NCBI RefSeq assembly: GCF_964204865.1
Contig: NC_135259.1
Location: 11,098,001 to 11,162,000 of the forward strand
Direction: 5' to 3'
Source of the DNA: Styela clava
Taxonomy: Eukaryota
DNA: 64,000 nucleotides
Shown: positions 1 through 13,930 of the stretch, in pieces
How positions within the stretch are numbered: position 1 is the first letter of the stretch
How the letters are laid out: each line of letters opens with the position of its first letter
Notes under the pieces: model-generated
What the model saw: the letters and a program-made list of their open reading frames with translations, nothing else
Databases searched by the model: none
What the model was told of the DNA's origin: nothing
Position numbers and translations under genes: made by a program

Positions 1-617
1 TTTCGATGAGAGGTACGACGTTCGAAACAATAGATTTCCGAGTTATTGTCCTTTTTCGTGAATCGAAGGATAGCATTCTAATGGTAATAGAATGGACATG
101 TTGGCCAAAATGGCAGTGCTGAGATTTTTTGATACGGGATCATAATGAAAATTTGTCAAGAAATTTACTACTTACTTTATCTGAATCATCTATTTCATTT
201 GCGTCGGCGCGTAAGTGTGAATCAATATCGATGAAGTTATAGTCTTGTGATAATCTGGTTAATATTACAGTATTAGGTATAACAGTATAAGGAAAAGTGA
301 AGTCAGTTTGTACTTATTGCTTCATAAAACATGTACGACGAAGCAGTGTTTTTGTTTATGTTAATTAGGTTCTAGTATTATCACTGAATTCATCAAATGT
401 AGTACGTACCGGCAAACAAGGGCGCATCTTGCGAATATTGGATCTCTCTGCGTATTCCTGTATTCAGTAATTTTACAAGTAATATTTGTAATATAAGAAA
501 TACGAGATAACCCTAAAACTTACTTTTTCTTTAAAATAATTTAATTCAATTTTTAAGTATATAACCTATGCATAATACAATTACAAAGATTATTGTGAAA
601 ATAATTGGAGTCTAACC

Positions 618-3600
618 ATGGATTATATTCAAGCTACTTTGTTTCTGTTGTTACTAAATACAGTTGCAGGGAGACAAGTTTCTAATTCTTGTGACTGGAA
701 AAAGAGGTGAGATACAGTTTTTATACAAGTCCTAATTTTAAAACGCGTACACGTTTTCTTCCGTGTGATCTGAACGTCTCATTGCTTTAATTAAAGTCGT
801 TTCACATTCTGACATTGTATTTTTGCATATTTCAGCGGACTTATTCATAGTAAAGCCTCAAGGGAAGTTGAAGAAGTGCAGTTAAAGTAAGTATCGTTTC
901 CTAGATTTCAATTTTTGCACTAATTTGAGCATTTTCAACGATTGTTAAAGGTTATTTAAAAAATTTGTCTGTTTAACATGGCCGTGACCAAACCAATGAA
1001 GATTAATATACATTTATCGAGAAGTACATACGAATGATGCTCGTGAATTTTATGTTGTCTATATATTCTCGTAGTAATTTTTGCTATAAAATTTTTCCTG
1101 TTAACGGACAATAAAAAAATATTTTTATATAACTTACATACTGTGTTTCGAAATAGTTTAGCAACAGTTATATCTTATTCGAATATGAAATACTTCATTA
1201 GATCATGTTCATTGTTATTCTCACTATGCCATATTTTTAGTGTGTATATGTAAAAGCGTGTGAAAATAGGCTAACTAAGCCGCCAATATGTAACGGAATT
1301 TGCCAATTTGCTGTTGCGGGTCATTTCCGCGCTAATAGGTCTAACAACGCATGGGAATAGAAAAAATGATTTGATGTTTTGTCTTTTGGATATGTAGTAC
1401 ATCCCTATATAAATTGCTTCTGAATCAGGCCTGACCATGCCCTAAATATGAGTAGGAAGAAATTCAAAGCTTTTATCCTACAACAATTCATGTTTGATGT
1501 GGTGTTAATTTGGGCGTCAACATTTTCACGTCTTTTCATCGGAAATATACCTATTCAATATTCCCATAAGAGACTTGTGGTCGATACCAGTAAATTTTCC
1601 ACGGGGATAAGTTAGCTCTGGTCAATTCCTTTGGTACCAAAATCGATATATAACGGTTATTCGATATTTTATACTGATCTGTGCCAAAATCGTGGGAAAC
1701 TAGGTTAGAATGATATAAAATTATCGAACAAATAAACGCTTAATTAATTTGTCGATGGTTATCAAATTAGGAAGAAGGGTAGTCGACTTCATCTTCATTT
1801 CTATTTTGTATTGTAACAAAGTAGTTTTGTGGATTTTCGGTCTGAAAAATTTATTTGGATTTTAAAACAATTCAGTGCTTCAGCAAAGTAAGTTTTGGCT
1901 ATCTTTTGTGCTTTTTCAGCGGCAAATCTCAACTCATTAGACCAGATTGCTTTCAATGTAGCTAGCGCGCTATAGCGTTTATCCATGTAGCAGCCATCTT
2001 AATGGAAGGAATATAAGCGGTTTTTGTCTACCTAGATATTATTTACTGGGCTGTATGTTTCTGTTTGACTTCTTACACTTAAACAAACAAATTTGGTTTA
2101 CTTTTCGGTTACTCGTGTAGCTCGCGTGGGTATTAGCTGCTCATTCGAAAGTAGGTTATAGCATTTAGTGAGACTTCCAAATAGACGTCGCTGAAAATTG
2201 CAAATTGTGCAATGATGCCACCAGTATGATATGATTGAAATATACATCGTGGTCTCCTTACCTGATATTGCCTACTTTGTCTGCGTTTCTCATTAAGGGA
2301 ATTCAATATCTGCAGATATCTTGTGCATATATTAGGGAAGGATATCTTCAGAGAGTTTTGAATAGCCGTTGTAGTCATACGAAATGTTTTGTTAATGTCC
2401 CGTCAATATAACGATATATGACGAATTTTAAAATTGTTTATCCTGGTAGGAGTCGAAAAGCGGTTCGTTTTTCGAATCTTTTTAAAAATTTGGAAGCAAG
2501 AAAATTTTCATCAACTAATGTCCATCACGAATTGCTTTAATTCTTGGTATTAACCACTCAAAGACTCAAATGTAAACACTCGAGGCCGTATATATGAATT
2601 TTATAATGCCCAAGACACATATGTCCCGCTGTTATATACCACACAGACTCTAGCATTTGTACGGCATAGCTCCAAAAGCTATTCATTTAAACTTCTTAAT
2701 GTCGCCTCCATGCCAATATACCTGTAAATAATGATAAAACTATATTAAAATACAAATGCTGTTTTTCATAAACAGCCATAATCACATGATGGAATCACTG
2801 AAACGTGTTACCATAGTTTAAAATGGTCGATTTTTGATAATATTATGTTCACACATAGAACAGTATTACCGCTGAAAGCAAATAGAGGATTAATATTTTT
2901 AAAGTACGGTGAAAAATCATCTTAGATGTAGAGATTGTATTAGATCATATATAATCCCTAGATCATTTCTTCGTTGAAAACATTCAACTTAGCAATAATT
3001 GGGACAATTTAATTGCTAAAATCCATTTAAAATGATACTTCAAGAACTATCGGAAATGAAAAACTTATTATGTGTTTATCGCGTAACGTGGTAGAATTTT
3101 CGTATAATTGCCCTCTAATTCACTGGAATATCAAAGCCTTTATCATGGATTGCCCACGAATGAAACATTCCTGAATGATGCGACTCACTGTTGATTTATG
3201 CTCGTTCGATTGTATATAATCAATAAAATGGAATTATTGTAAAAATGGACCTTATTGTGAATTGGAAATAAAAACGTCGAACATCATAGCCCAGGGCAAA
3301 TTCGTTATGATCTTTTATCGGCAGATTGTAAATGATAGTAAACATTCTGTACAACACGTAATGATAAATTTCTTCTGGCTTTCACATGGTAATAAATAAA
3401 CAACAAGTTTTTCATTTAGCGCATTTATTTACACATTTGCTCATTTTTTTTATAATGCCCAAAGAATACATCTAAAATGCTAACTTTAATAATTCCAAAA
3501 TGATAAATCAGTACCAGGCCTCGTTTTGTAGGAGAATCTGATTCATGTCGAATTACCACTACCATTCCTCTTAGTAACTCAAGGAGTCTTATGACTCGTG

Positions 3601-6600
3601 TTCTATATGAGTGCTGTATTCGTGTATATTGTGCACATCTAATCGAAATTAGTCATGAAATATGTTAAAACTTTGTTCGCCAGCGTATTTTCTTCACACC
3701 CACAAATAATTGTCTCACAAAAAGTACTGCGAAATGCTTAGTTATCGTATATAAAATACTAATATACTTTCATTTGTTTACTTCATATTGATTATGGTGT
3801 ATCGCATCATTCAATACAGACGTATCTTGACTTAGAGTTTCTCGAATTGTCGCCTAACCGGAAGAAAATCTATTTACAATATAGGATGCCGTGAAAATCG
3901 CGTACACGTATGGCTAACTGAGATTGTTTGACGAATGGCAGTACTCGTTAACAGATGTAGTTGTCTCAGTCCTAACCATGTTATATTTCACTTCTAATCT
4001 GACACCAATCGCCAGTCCAGCCAATATTCGAGTTTGTTCAATCATGACCACTTATAAAATTATGACTCATACTGGTTATCCGGAAAACTCATTGGATCGT
4101 GTAAAACACAACTAGAATATATAGACCGTGAAGTGAATGAGTTCAATATATTTGTTTCGCCCACTGTGAGTATCAAGTACTACGAGGTAGTGCAAACCGA
4201 CCTACTCTAAGTCGTCATTTCATTTTGTTTGTACCCTTAGCATTAGTAGATGTCGTTTGAAATAACTATTTTGTTCTGAATGCGACGGGACATTGGGAAA
4301 ACAACCCAACCAATTTTAAAATGATGTTAAAAAAGCGGACAAAGATGCTGGTCTTATTTTTTATCGATTTTTGTGCCCCAATACTTCTAATTCGTTAATT
4401 CAGCACGAGACTTTAGGATGAAAGAAAATATTTAACAAATTGATTATACACTTTCAATGTATATATCCATGGCTAGTTGTATATATCTGAGTATTTATTG
4501 TCAAATACTTGCTCTATTTAAATACACAGGTGTATATTTTTAATAGAATACATCGGTACAATTATGAAAACGTGGAAAACAAAAATGTAACAATGTAAAT
4601 TCTTCAGATGAATTATTGAGATCGTGAAGTATAATTGCCTTAAACCGCATCCTCGATATAATTAAAAATTATTTTCCTCCCAATTTTGAAGATAATAATT
4701 AAATACGATAAGAAATTCACTAAATATAATTAATATTACGTCTATACTAAATATTCTTGACATACGCGAATGCCGAATCTGTTTACCGGAATTTGACATT
4801 GACCAAAATTTCGATGTCGGACTTGAAAAGCGAGTTTGAGGTTCTGTTCTGTTACGTGTCATATCAGAACTATCTTAGTAAATTGACACATATTTCAAAA
4901 GTTGTGTATTGACGTATTTTTCAATGTTCATTAGAATGGTTTCGAACCTGGTATTTTTATTGAATATAAACGAAGCAATATAGTATGTCACTGTCTATAT
5001 TTCAAAACATGATAGATTACTTTTATATTCGTGTGCCTAATATTAGCTTGACACCGCATTGTGGCAGCCATAATTTGTTTCGAGATAGCATATTTTTTGC
5101 ATTCTGATATTCCCACAAATTAGTTTGAACACCCAGTGAAGTTTCCCAGAAAGTTATAAAGGAGTTGTGGGAAAATTTTCTTTTAAACTTTCAAACTTCA
5201 TACAAATTTTAAAGTTCCTCCCTTTAATACTAAAGTTCGCATAGTTAGTAAAAACTTGTATTATATATAACTTGTATTGCTAGCTTTCAAGCTAAGCTAA
5301 CTTTTTTGTTGTATAACGAAGATGGTCATAAAAGGACCATACAACGTTGAATCCTAGAATTTATATTACAGCATTATTTAAACTTGGAGTTGATGCTGTA
5401 GTTACCAACAACATAGGTCGATATGAATATTCAAACTAAGCCCTAATTGATGGTAGTAAAGCACCAAAAGCATATTATCTCATACGTTACAGATTTTGAG
5501 CAATTTTTTTTATAATGCAGAAGATTATAGTATGAAGAGCTATAATTTACAACTTTTTCTCATCCTCTCATATTTTGCATAAATTATTAAATTTATATAT
5601 CTTGTTTAACGCTGTACTCGCTGCAAAGCACCTTTCAATTATCTTACACTTTTCACATTTGTTTTTTGCTTCCAAGTTCTTGAAACACAACGAACCACTG
5701 TTGAACAATAAGATGTAAAATTTAGCGCACGTTTAGCGAGAGTTGCAATGCATATTTACTTTGAGGAAATAAAGCCATCCAAGGCTGCGTAAAGTGCTGT
5801 AATTACATGTATAGTTCAATGGGGTAATAGGTTTTGCACGCCGTTGTTCCACTGGCTAAAAAGGGGTCAGATTACAGGTCGGGTGTAACCAACCGTCGGT
5901 GTTGTGAAACCCCGCCCGACTTCCTCGATGTCTAGTAGAGGAGATTGTGGCAAACTTGAATCGTTGATTATGCGCCCGTACACGATTAGTGATTTTATTT
6001 TCTATAGTTTTTTCGAAAAGTAGTTTTTAATTAATATAAAACATCTTCCAAAAATAAGTTTGCAATATCATTAGAACAAAATTCATTTTAATTTTATTTA
6101 TTTTAATTTTACAGATACATATATTGTTTAATTTTGAAATAATCGAATAATATAACAAACATTTAATTTTTTAATATTAAAAACTAGTTAATAATTCTTT
6201 GTCTATTATACCAATACTTTCTTTCTATTTGTCAAAAAAAAAATCATTTATAGAATTTCACAAAGAAGGATTAATACGGGTTTATCCTTATACTTCATCA
6301 TTACACCTTTAGTTCAATCGGCATTGTTACAATAATCTCTAAACCTGTATTTTTTTGCGCTACAGGAATATGTGGACAATAGTGGGATATTATGTGACCA
6401 GTAACTGTGATTCATGTCTTTGTCCACGTCATTGTTTTCAAGAATTCTGATATATCATAAGGCTGTGATCTGCCTGTAAATTTCACTGGTTGGCATGCGC
6501 AGAAAATCCCCACACCTGTGGAAAATATACTTGTCGTAAAAACCACAGATCGTATTTAAATATGCCATTTATAGTGAACTGACGGAAACTCTCGAGTGTT

Positions 6601-9600
6601 TTCATGCCTTCAGATATCAACACCTGTACCCATCTTTTTACCCAATCACATGATCTTTCAATGTTTTTCGTCGTACGCTATACGTTTTTATTGGCAAGCG
6701 AATGCCCTATTTTATTTCGTTTGTTAGGAATTTATATTCTACACTTTCGCTCGCCTCAACCGGCTCTTGCTAAGTTTTGCGAGTTAAGTTTTGCAAGTAT
6801 TCTATTGCTAACACGCTTATTTGTAGCTGATGGTTCGATTTTCTGCTTGAAAAATTCTCAAATTCGAAAGTAACATTTTAATAAAACAGTTTTCATAATA
6901 AAGGTTAATTTACAGACCATGTCTTAAGTTACCACAGTCTAAGATATAAATCGAGGATAATAGAAAAATGAAAAAAATTCAGAACCCCATACAAAACCCA
7001 TTATTCAACATTATTATTTCTTTAAATTTATGTGTTGTGTTCAAATTGAAAACGGGGGTTTAAGGTAATTGATGGCTTTCTTACTTTCGCACATAGGTGA
7101 GATAATAAGTCTGTAAAATCTTTTCAATTGTGACTGATGATTTTTAAGTTAAGAAGGCGTAAAATATCAGTGTTCACATTGTATCACGACATCAACAATG
7201 AATCATCTTGTGCTGGATTTTTTTTTCAGTCAAATATATATCTTCACTACTTTGCCAACAATGGTTAAGGTCACGCCATATAATTGTTTGTGCATATTCA
7301 AAGAAACACTCCGAATTTAATGGTTTATGATGATATTGCGCATGGAATTTGAACTGTATTGACCAAACCATAAATAATTATTTTTTTTTGCTACTGTTAA
7401 ATTTGCCATAACCCGTGTATTTTGCAAAGTATATAAGACAATACTATTTGAATACATTTTAGACCAAAATTTAAACTTAAAAAACTCATTTGTGTTAAAT
7501 ATTTCATCGAACAACACCAAACATAATATTTTGAATGTCCTATTGACGATTGGTGTACAAGAGTTAAAAGTCATAATGTTGTTCGTTGGACTAAAACCTT
7601 CTTCCAAAAATTTGGTATAGTTCAATGACTTTGGAATCAGTCTGTATCCTATAAATAAATGGTATGAAAATTTGAAATATTATTAAGTGTGGTCTTTTTT
7701 TTTTGTTTCAACGGGAACACTGATTGGGGAAAGAATGCATAACAATGGAGTCCATTTATGGTTGTTGGCGAAATCCTCGACGTCTGGTTTTCCGTTGTGG
7801 GTTATGAGATTTATACGAAAACACACCTTAGTGAACACCACGCTTCAACGATCACGTAATAACACACAGGAAATTATAACGTTCGTTGTTACTATTGTCC
7901 AACTTTTAATGGTTTTACTAATATTGTGTCTGAGTAGTATAATATCATCCATTGGCATAATACAATAATAAAAATTTCAACCTAATCAGGTTTTAAATTA
8001 ATTCATAGATAGTATCAAGTAACTCAGTCCCACTTAGAAACGTTCTGAAATATCAAGCGCATACTCGCCAAAGTAGCGTTTGAAAATAGATACAAAAACG
8101 AACATCGTTTACATCTTATTTCAGTAAAGCTTTCTTTTAACGTTTTTTTAGTATTTCAAGAGATAAGAGGTTACAAACGAAATTCTTTTAGCTTCACTAA
8201 ACTTCAAATTCGAGTATTGCGATTTTAATTAAATTTCTCTATTTTGTTATTCAACTATAATCAAAACCGAATCCAATTTTAAATGAAAATAGCATAGTGG
8301 TCCCATATCCTCACAGAACTCGATAAAACCATGTATATAGATAGCGTATTTTTGTTGGAAATTTAACAGCAGGGAACACAATATTAAATTGTACCTGAGG
8401 GTAATAGTATACCTGAGTCGTGCGCGGTGCGTCCCGCTTGCCAGCTGCCCGTTTGTTGACATAGAATCGCCTTATCCCGATTCAAATCCTCCACAGAAAT
8501 GGTTATTTTTTGTAAAGTGTGTTGTCAATAAAAAAATATTGCTTTGGTGATGCATTTTATAAGCAAATCATACTTGATCAATAGTATGTGCGATATTATC
8601 AACGACTGCATTGAGCGACGAGAAACGTATAATGATTCATTCATTTATCTTGTCATTTTGAGTTAATTATTCATTAAAAGGATTTAAAATAATTTCAAGT
8701 AATATTGCATTTGTTCTAGATCTTAAAATGGATTATTTCTAACAAGAAATATGAATTCAAATTGTCATAGTGTGTGATGCAGAATTTTCTTGGTATCTTA
8801 GCATTCGATGAAGTCCTGCTGTAAAATATAATACGATTAAGCTGTATTAATGTTTCGGTCTGTTTGCATCAGAAAGTACAGTCGAAAAGAAAATTTCACT
8901 TGCTGATATTTGTGAAGCTGAAGCATTTCAGTTCACAGTTTAGTGATTTGATGGGATATCATAAGGGTATTCACGCCAGTCAAGCACCCTCGACAGTATT
9001 GGAGTGATAGACCTTTTGTGGTGTATATTATTATGAAACGAAAATACTCCCGCGATAGATAGTCAAGCTCGAAATTAACACTATTGTTTAGATTTTTTGT
9101 GTAGTTTAGGCTTGATTATATATCATAAAATTTAAAAATTTCGCCGTTGTGACTTTTCCCGAAATGCTGATTCAAAGTGGGTTTTGAGCCGATCAAAAGC
9201 GCCATTTGTAAGCAAAATCCTACTTGATTACGCACCAGGGTTTTATTTTAACGACGGTCTTCACGTGCTTAAGATAGTAAATTTATTTACCATGAACAGT
9301 CGAATTCATTCTCCTTAGAATATAGATTTTGATCGGAGTATGTGGAAAGCTTTAAATGGATCGACGTAATGAAAAAATGACGATTTGAAAATGTGAAAAC
9401 TGGATACAAACAAGTATTCATCTTTTCAATTTGTCTATAAAATAACAATGTCGTTAAATACCTTAGGAAGATAAACAAAATTAATAAGGATAGTACCAGA
9501 AATCCAGTTTTTGAAGCCATATATTTTGTTGTTCTCTTTACACTCTCTTGCTCAATATATACGAAATGTCTCAAACACCAAATTTCCTTTATTTATGTAA

Positions 9601-12600
9601 CCGGATATCAGTGTTCTCTATCAGCAGCTGGCGAGCGGTGTTTTAAATTTCGCTCAATGCCTTGATTGAACAATCTTTTTTATTGTTTGCGGTGTCGTTT
9701 ACATGAAATAACATTCCATTTATAAAAGGACTGTATACTTATAGTTTTGTTAACATAAAATGATTTTGATATATGTCTTTATTCTGTATTTTCAGATATC
9801 ACCCTTTAGATATCTTATATAACACGAAAACTTTCTACGTACCTAATTTGTGTTCCAATTTCCTCGTGGCAGAAATAATCTATGCTTCATTGATTTCGTT
9901 ACAACCCATCGACAAACCATTATTTACGTTTCCTGGATCGCGGTTTTGCGTGGTTGCCACTTTCAACAAATATAGTACAACTTCTATTTATAATAATAAA
10001 ACCCTTTTTCAAACATATACAAATATATATATGAAAACTTCATCTTACCTTTTACTTGGATTTTTTTTCAGTTTATTAAATACAAAATCCTTACTTCGCT
10101 GGGCCATCAAACAGAGTTAAAGCAAGAATTCTGCTGTAGTGTCTGGCATGTGTTATGATCATAATCGAAATTTTGGTTTATGATAACCTATGTCAAGATA
10201 TGAAGCGCTTTTATTTAAAGTTGATCGTGTATTTGTATTATTTCTGATGTATTATATCGTGTGGTTGCTTGGAATGCTAGAACGCTAGATAACTTATATA
10301 CAGAAGCACCTTGGATCTCACGCCATAAATATGCAATGCTGTATTTGACTTTTGAGGTAATAATCGTGACATTGTGCGTGGTGTTTCGAATTACTCATCT
10401 TTCTTAAATAAATAAAGTAACTTGCCTTTTAAAATATCACATGTATAACTAGTTATGCGTCATTTACAAGTTGCATGCATGGTTGAAATATTTCTTTAAT
10501 CGTGCGATCCTTTTTCTCGTGCAAAAGAGAACTCGCTGCTTAAAAGGGGTCAAATAAAATGTCAAGACTTGTAACGCGACTCGTGCGAACACCGGCTGTC
10601 TTACGTCTTAGATGGGGATATGTGAAATGAATGTTACAAACTGAAGCACAAATACTTCCTTGGTGCTGAGTATTTGCCGTGTCATTATGTGAATACTACG
10701 CTGTGATTATTATATTTTGCAATATACCAGTAAAGCGTTCTAATCTGGTTTTCCGACCTGCCGCAAGAGAACAAACTGGTTTGGATCTCCATTTTGATTT
10801 ACCAGTTACATTTAACTCATACGAAGATGTAAATCAGTTACATAGTTACTTCTGTTACTTACAGTTGCGAATCTGGGAATCTGGAATGGATCTACCCCAC
10901 TACTGCTCTACATATACAGTTCCAGTATCCACATAGCACAACTGATTTCACTGCTTGTTTTCTTCCGAACGTTGACTTCAGTGGTGCAAGTTTGATACAT
11001 CAAGGACAGAGACCCCCTCCAGGAGACAGCATATTTGGCCAACCAACTGGCCTTCACGTTATATATGGCGACCCAGAAGATAAGAATAAAGTACCGGAAA
11101 ACACAGAACATGATATTCGGTAAATATCGTGAAAAGCATTTTTATTTGCGCAATTTTGAACACAACTTTGATTGGTGTGTGCCTAATATTTCTTCTCAAT
11201 CCACATGACACGAATCATTTTTTTATTACTCTCGATGCTAAACTGATACAAATATTTTCAATTTCGTGTGTGTGTGAACTAGAATTTGTTGGGAAAGAAT
11301 AATTGTTGTTGAATTGACCTGACAACACTGTTGAACCAAACACAGAACGGGTCACTTTATATTTTTATAGTTAGTTTATGTGCCGACTGCTTACTACTGC
11401 TGATTACCTTCAATGACCAAAAAACGAAACAAATTAGGTATACAAATGGTATTGTCTTTTTTGAGCTTGGTATATTCGTTTGTAGTGAGATCGCGTGTGT
11501 CAATTCAACTTATGGAAAATTGAAGATGTTACTTATGGCGACAACAACAAGATCAGATATAAGTCGGAAGGTTGCATCTTTTAAATATGAGCTCTACCCC
11601 ATAAGCTACCACAACGATCGACCAAATCATAAGAAACACAGAAAAGGGACGGTCAACGAAAGAAGAATGCTATTTAGTGGGAAAATACAAGGTAAGATGA
11701 AAATCACCCATCCATAAAACTTGGTGTATGGATTTTTCCAAGACTACTTCATAAAACGAGTTTTGCTCAGTTCTCAGTATTTGCTGATAATGCGTGTTTT
11801 AAGGTTTTGTATGGGCGGCCTTGGTCTTCTCTTCAACCCAATTATAAATTTTCGTTTGCGTAAAATGAAACTTCTCTTTTATTTGTTCAGATTGTCGTCC
11901 ATGCTCTAACGAGGAACTTCTTCATTTATATTGCTCTGCGGATTTTGGTATGTATCACTTTGTACAAATGATTGATTGTTAATTTTCAAAGACCATCTCA
12001 TAATTATCGGAAGCAATGCATTGAGTAGAAAATCTAACAACTTTTGTATTTATTCATTGTAGCAAAATACAGCGCATAATGCTGTCCCCATAAAGCTTGC
12101 GAATGTATTATAATGAAATATCTAACAAATTACAAACTCAGTGGTGTAGCAGAAATAGTCGAAATACAACCTACGTCTATGTTAGATAGATGTCTTAAAC
12201 ATTTCTTCCGTATTTAGCTCGATTTCGAATAAAATTTATACGCAAAATGATGAATATGGCATTTCCGAGTTTTATTTTACAGCTTCTTGCTTAATTTTCA
12301 GTTGCAAGAGGACAAGTTGTTTCGGTATCAAACGAAGAAAACCACCGTTGGACCAATCTCGAGTTTCTTTCAAATCATGTGATCAAAGAGACACCATCTG
12401 ATTGGTCGCCATTCCTCTCTCCTCTTCGGGTACCAGGATTGAACATCTCTCGCATCACCAGTAAAACTAACGGACTCGATGATTTGCTATATGGTGTTTT
12501 TCGCGTCCCCGCTCAGTGCGGGTTCCGGCCACCCCAAAAAGATCACGATCATACCGTAAAAGAATATGTTATAATGGGAAACTACAACTTCGGAGGTGGA

Positions 12601-12738
12601 TGGGTGGAGTGCTTCCCAACTTACAATTATTTACTGTCTATTGTTAAAGACTTTTTTGAGGCCAACCGATTTTCTAGGAAACATCACCATCCGAATAATT
12701 GTAACTTTGACGACTTACTAAAGATTGCCTCCCCATAA
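618..12738 (+). CDS. METRNL: Meteorin / meteorin-like (METRN/METRNL family) secreted protein, 6 coding exons, 364 aa
   Basis: Exons 618-706, 836-886, 10865-11119, 11486-11691, 11891-11947, 12302-12738, all with GT-AG introns and compatible phases (1095 nt in total). Translation: signal peptide MDYIQATLFLLLLNTVAG, then SCDWKKSGLIHSKASREVEEVQLNCESGNLEWIYPTTAL (cf. METRNL CSWKGSGLTHEAHRKEVEQVYLRCAAGAVEWMYPTGAL), DISRKVASFKYEL, DCRPCSNEELLHLYCSADFVARG, QCGFRP, GNYNFGGGWVECFP. Ten Cys in the mature chain, as in the family. Probably co-orthologous to METRN and METRNL. Confidence 0.93.
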
Positions 12739-13435
12739 CACAATCAGACAAGATGTCAAATATGTTAGTGAGGTAGCCAGCACGCAGTTTCTCTGAAGTC
12801 TGATGTGTTGAAGGTATGCAAGGAACTAATTGTTACTGAATAGATGTATATTCAAAAGGCAATCGTACGGAACGGTGTTATTGTCAATGACGTGAAAGGT
12901 ACCGCGTTCATGAAGCTTTAGCCATGCGTCGCTTGTCTCCACGCAGCGGTGGATAAATCAACGTTAATGGAAAATATGGCCAAAACAAACCATTGCGCCA
13001 CTGTAAGTAAATCTTCCATTAAAGTATATCAATGATAGTGGTTGATGAGCTATTTCAGCCAGAGTGTGTTCATTGGAAGGATTATCGAATATTAATTGTT
13101 GCATATAAATGGCGAAATATTTCATATTACATGCCGTAATATAAAGTTGTTTAGTTCTATATATTTTGTGAAATGTTGATAATTCAAATCTAACAATTCA
13201 CAAGATAAGTTTATTTGAATTCATTTTTTAATTAATGTTTTTTTTTTAATATATTTTATGTTTATCGAAATTTTGTCTCTTCAAACATGCAATGCTTTTA
13301 TGTTTAGGAATTTTTGGTGAAGCAATTTCAGAATCCCCGATTCAATTTTTAAACAATAATCGTTTTGCGAGGAAAACAGGTGTCTCACGTTTTCATGATT
13401 ACGCATTCTAAATTTTTTTGAGGACCACTGTGTAA

Positions 13436-13465
13436 AATAATAAAATACAAACAATGTCAAATAAA
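13436..13465 (+). terminator. Candidate polyadenylation signals of the meteorin-like gene
   Basis: Two AATAAA hexamers (~13439, ~13460) about 700 nt after the stop, followed by a T-rich tract. AATAAA is common in AT-rich DNA. Confidence 0.35.
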
Positions 13466-13809
13466 ATTTTTTTTATTTCAATTTCAACATTACGTTGAGG
13501 ATGGTTTTTGTTAGTATAATAACACACTTTTTAATATTAAAGGGATTTCTGAACCTACATGTATATGGTGCATTTAGTATTATATACTTTTGGCAACGGA
13601 TAAATAATAAATAGCACCCAATACTAGTAAGCTGTGCTTCAAGTTTCAATTGAAACTTTTATTTCCATGAATATGCATTTCAATTTTCCGGGATTGGTTT
13701 CATTTCCTAAAATTTAAGACAAACTCAACGAGCATTAAGTTGACTAAGTATTCTCAATAGGCAAATAAAGATGGCTTGTCTAAGCAAAAATTATTGTCAT
13801 CTGAAGTTG

Positions 13810-13930
13810 AAAATGGGGCCGGCGTTGAAAGTTTTTGTCGAAGTCAGAGTTGGAGCCGAAGCCGTTTTTTGAATGAATCGTAATTTGGAATCGAAGTCGG
13901 GCGTAAGTTTTCCCCAACTCCGCAGCCCTT
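13810..13930. mobile_element. Degenerate terminus of a non-autonomous DNA transposon (hAT-like)
   Basis: Decayed GGAGTCG-like subterminal repeats (gaagtcagag, ggagccgaag, gaagtcgg) ending in caactccgcagccct, resembling hAT-type ends. Other end not found. Confidence 0.35.

Noticed and set aside
5855-8500. GC-richer patches at ~5860-5990 and ~8395-8500 as tRNA genes or SINEs
   Set aside because: No cloverleaf or convincing A/B boxes, and no second copy in the window.
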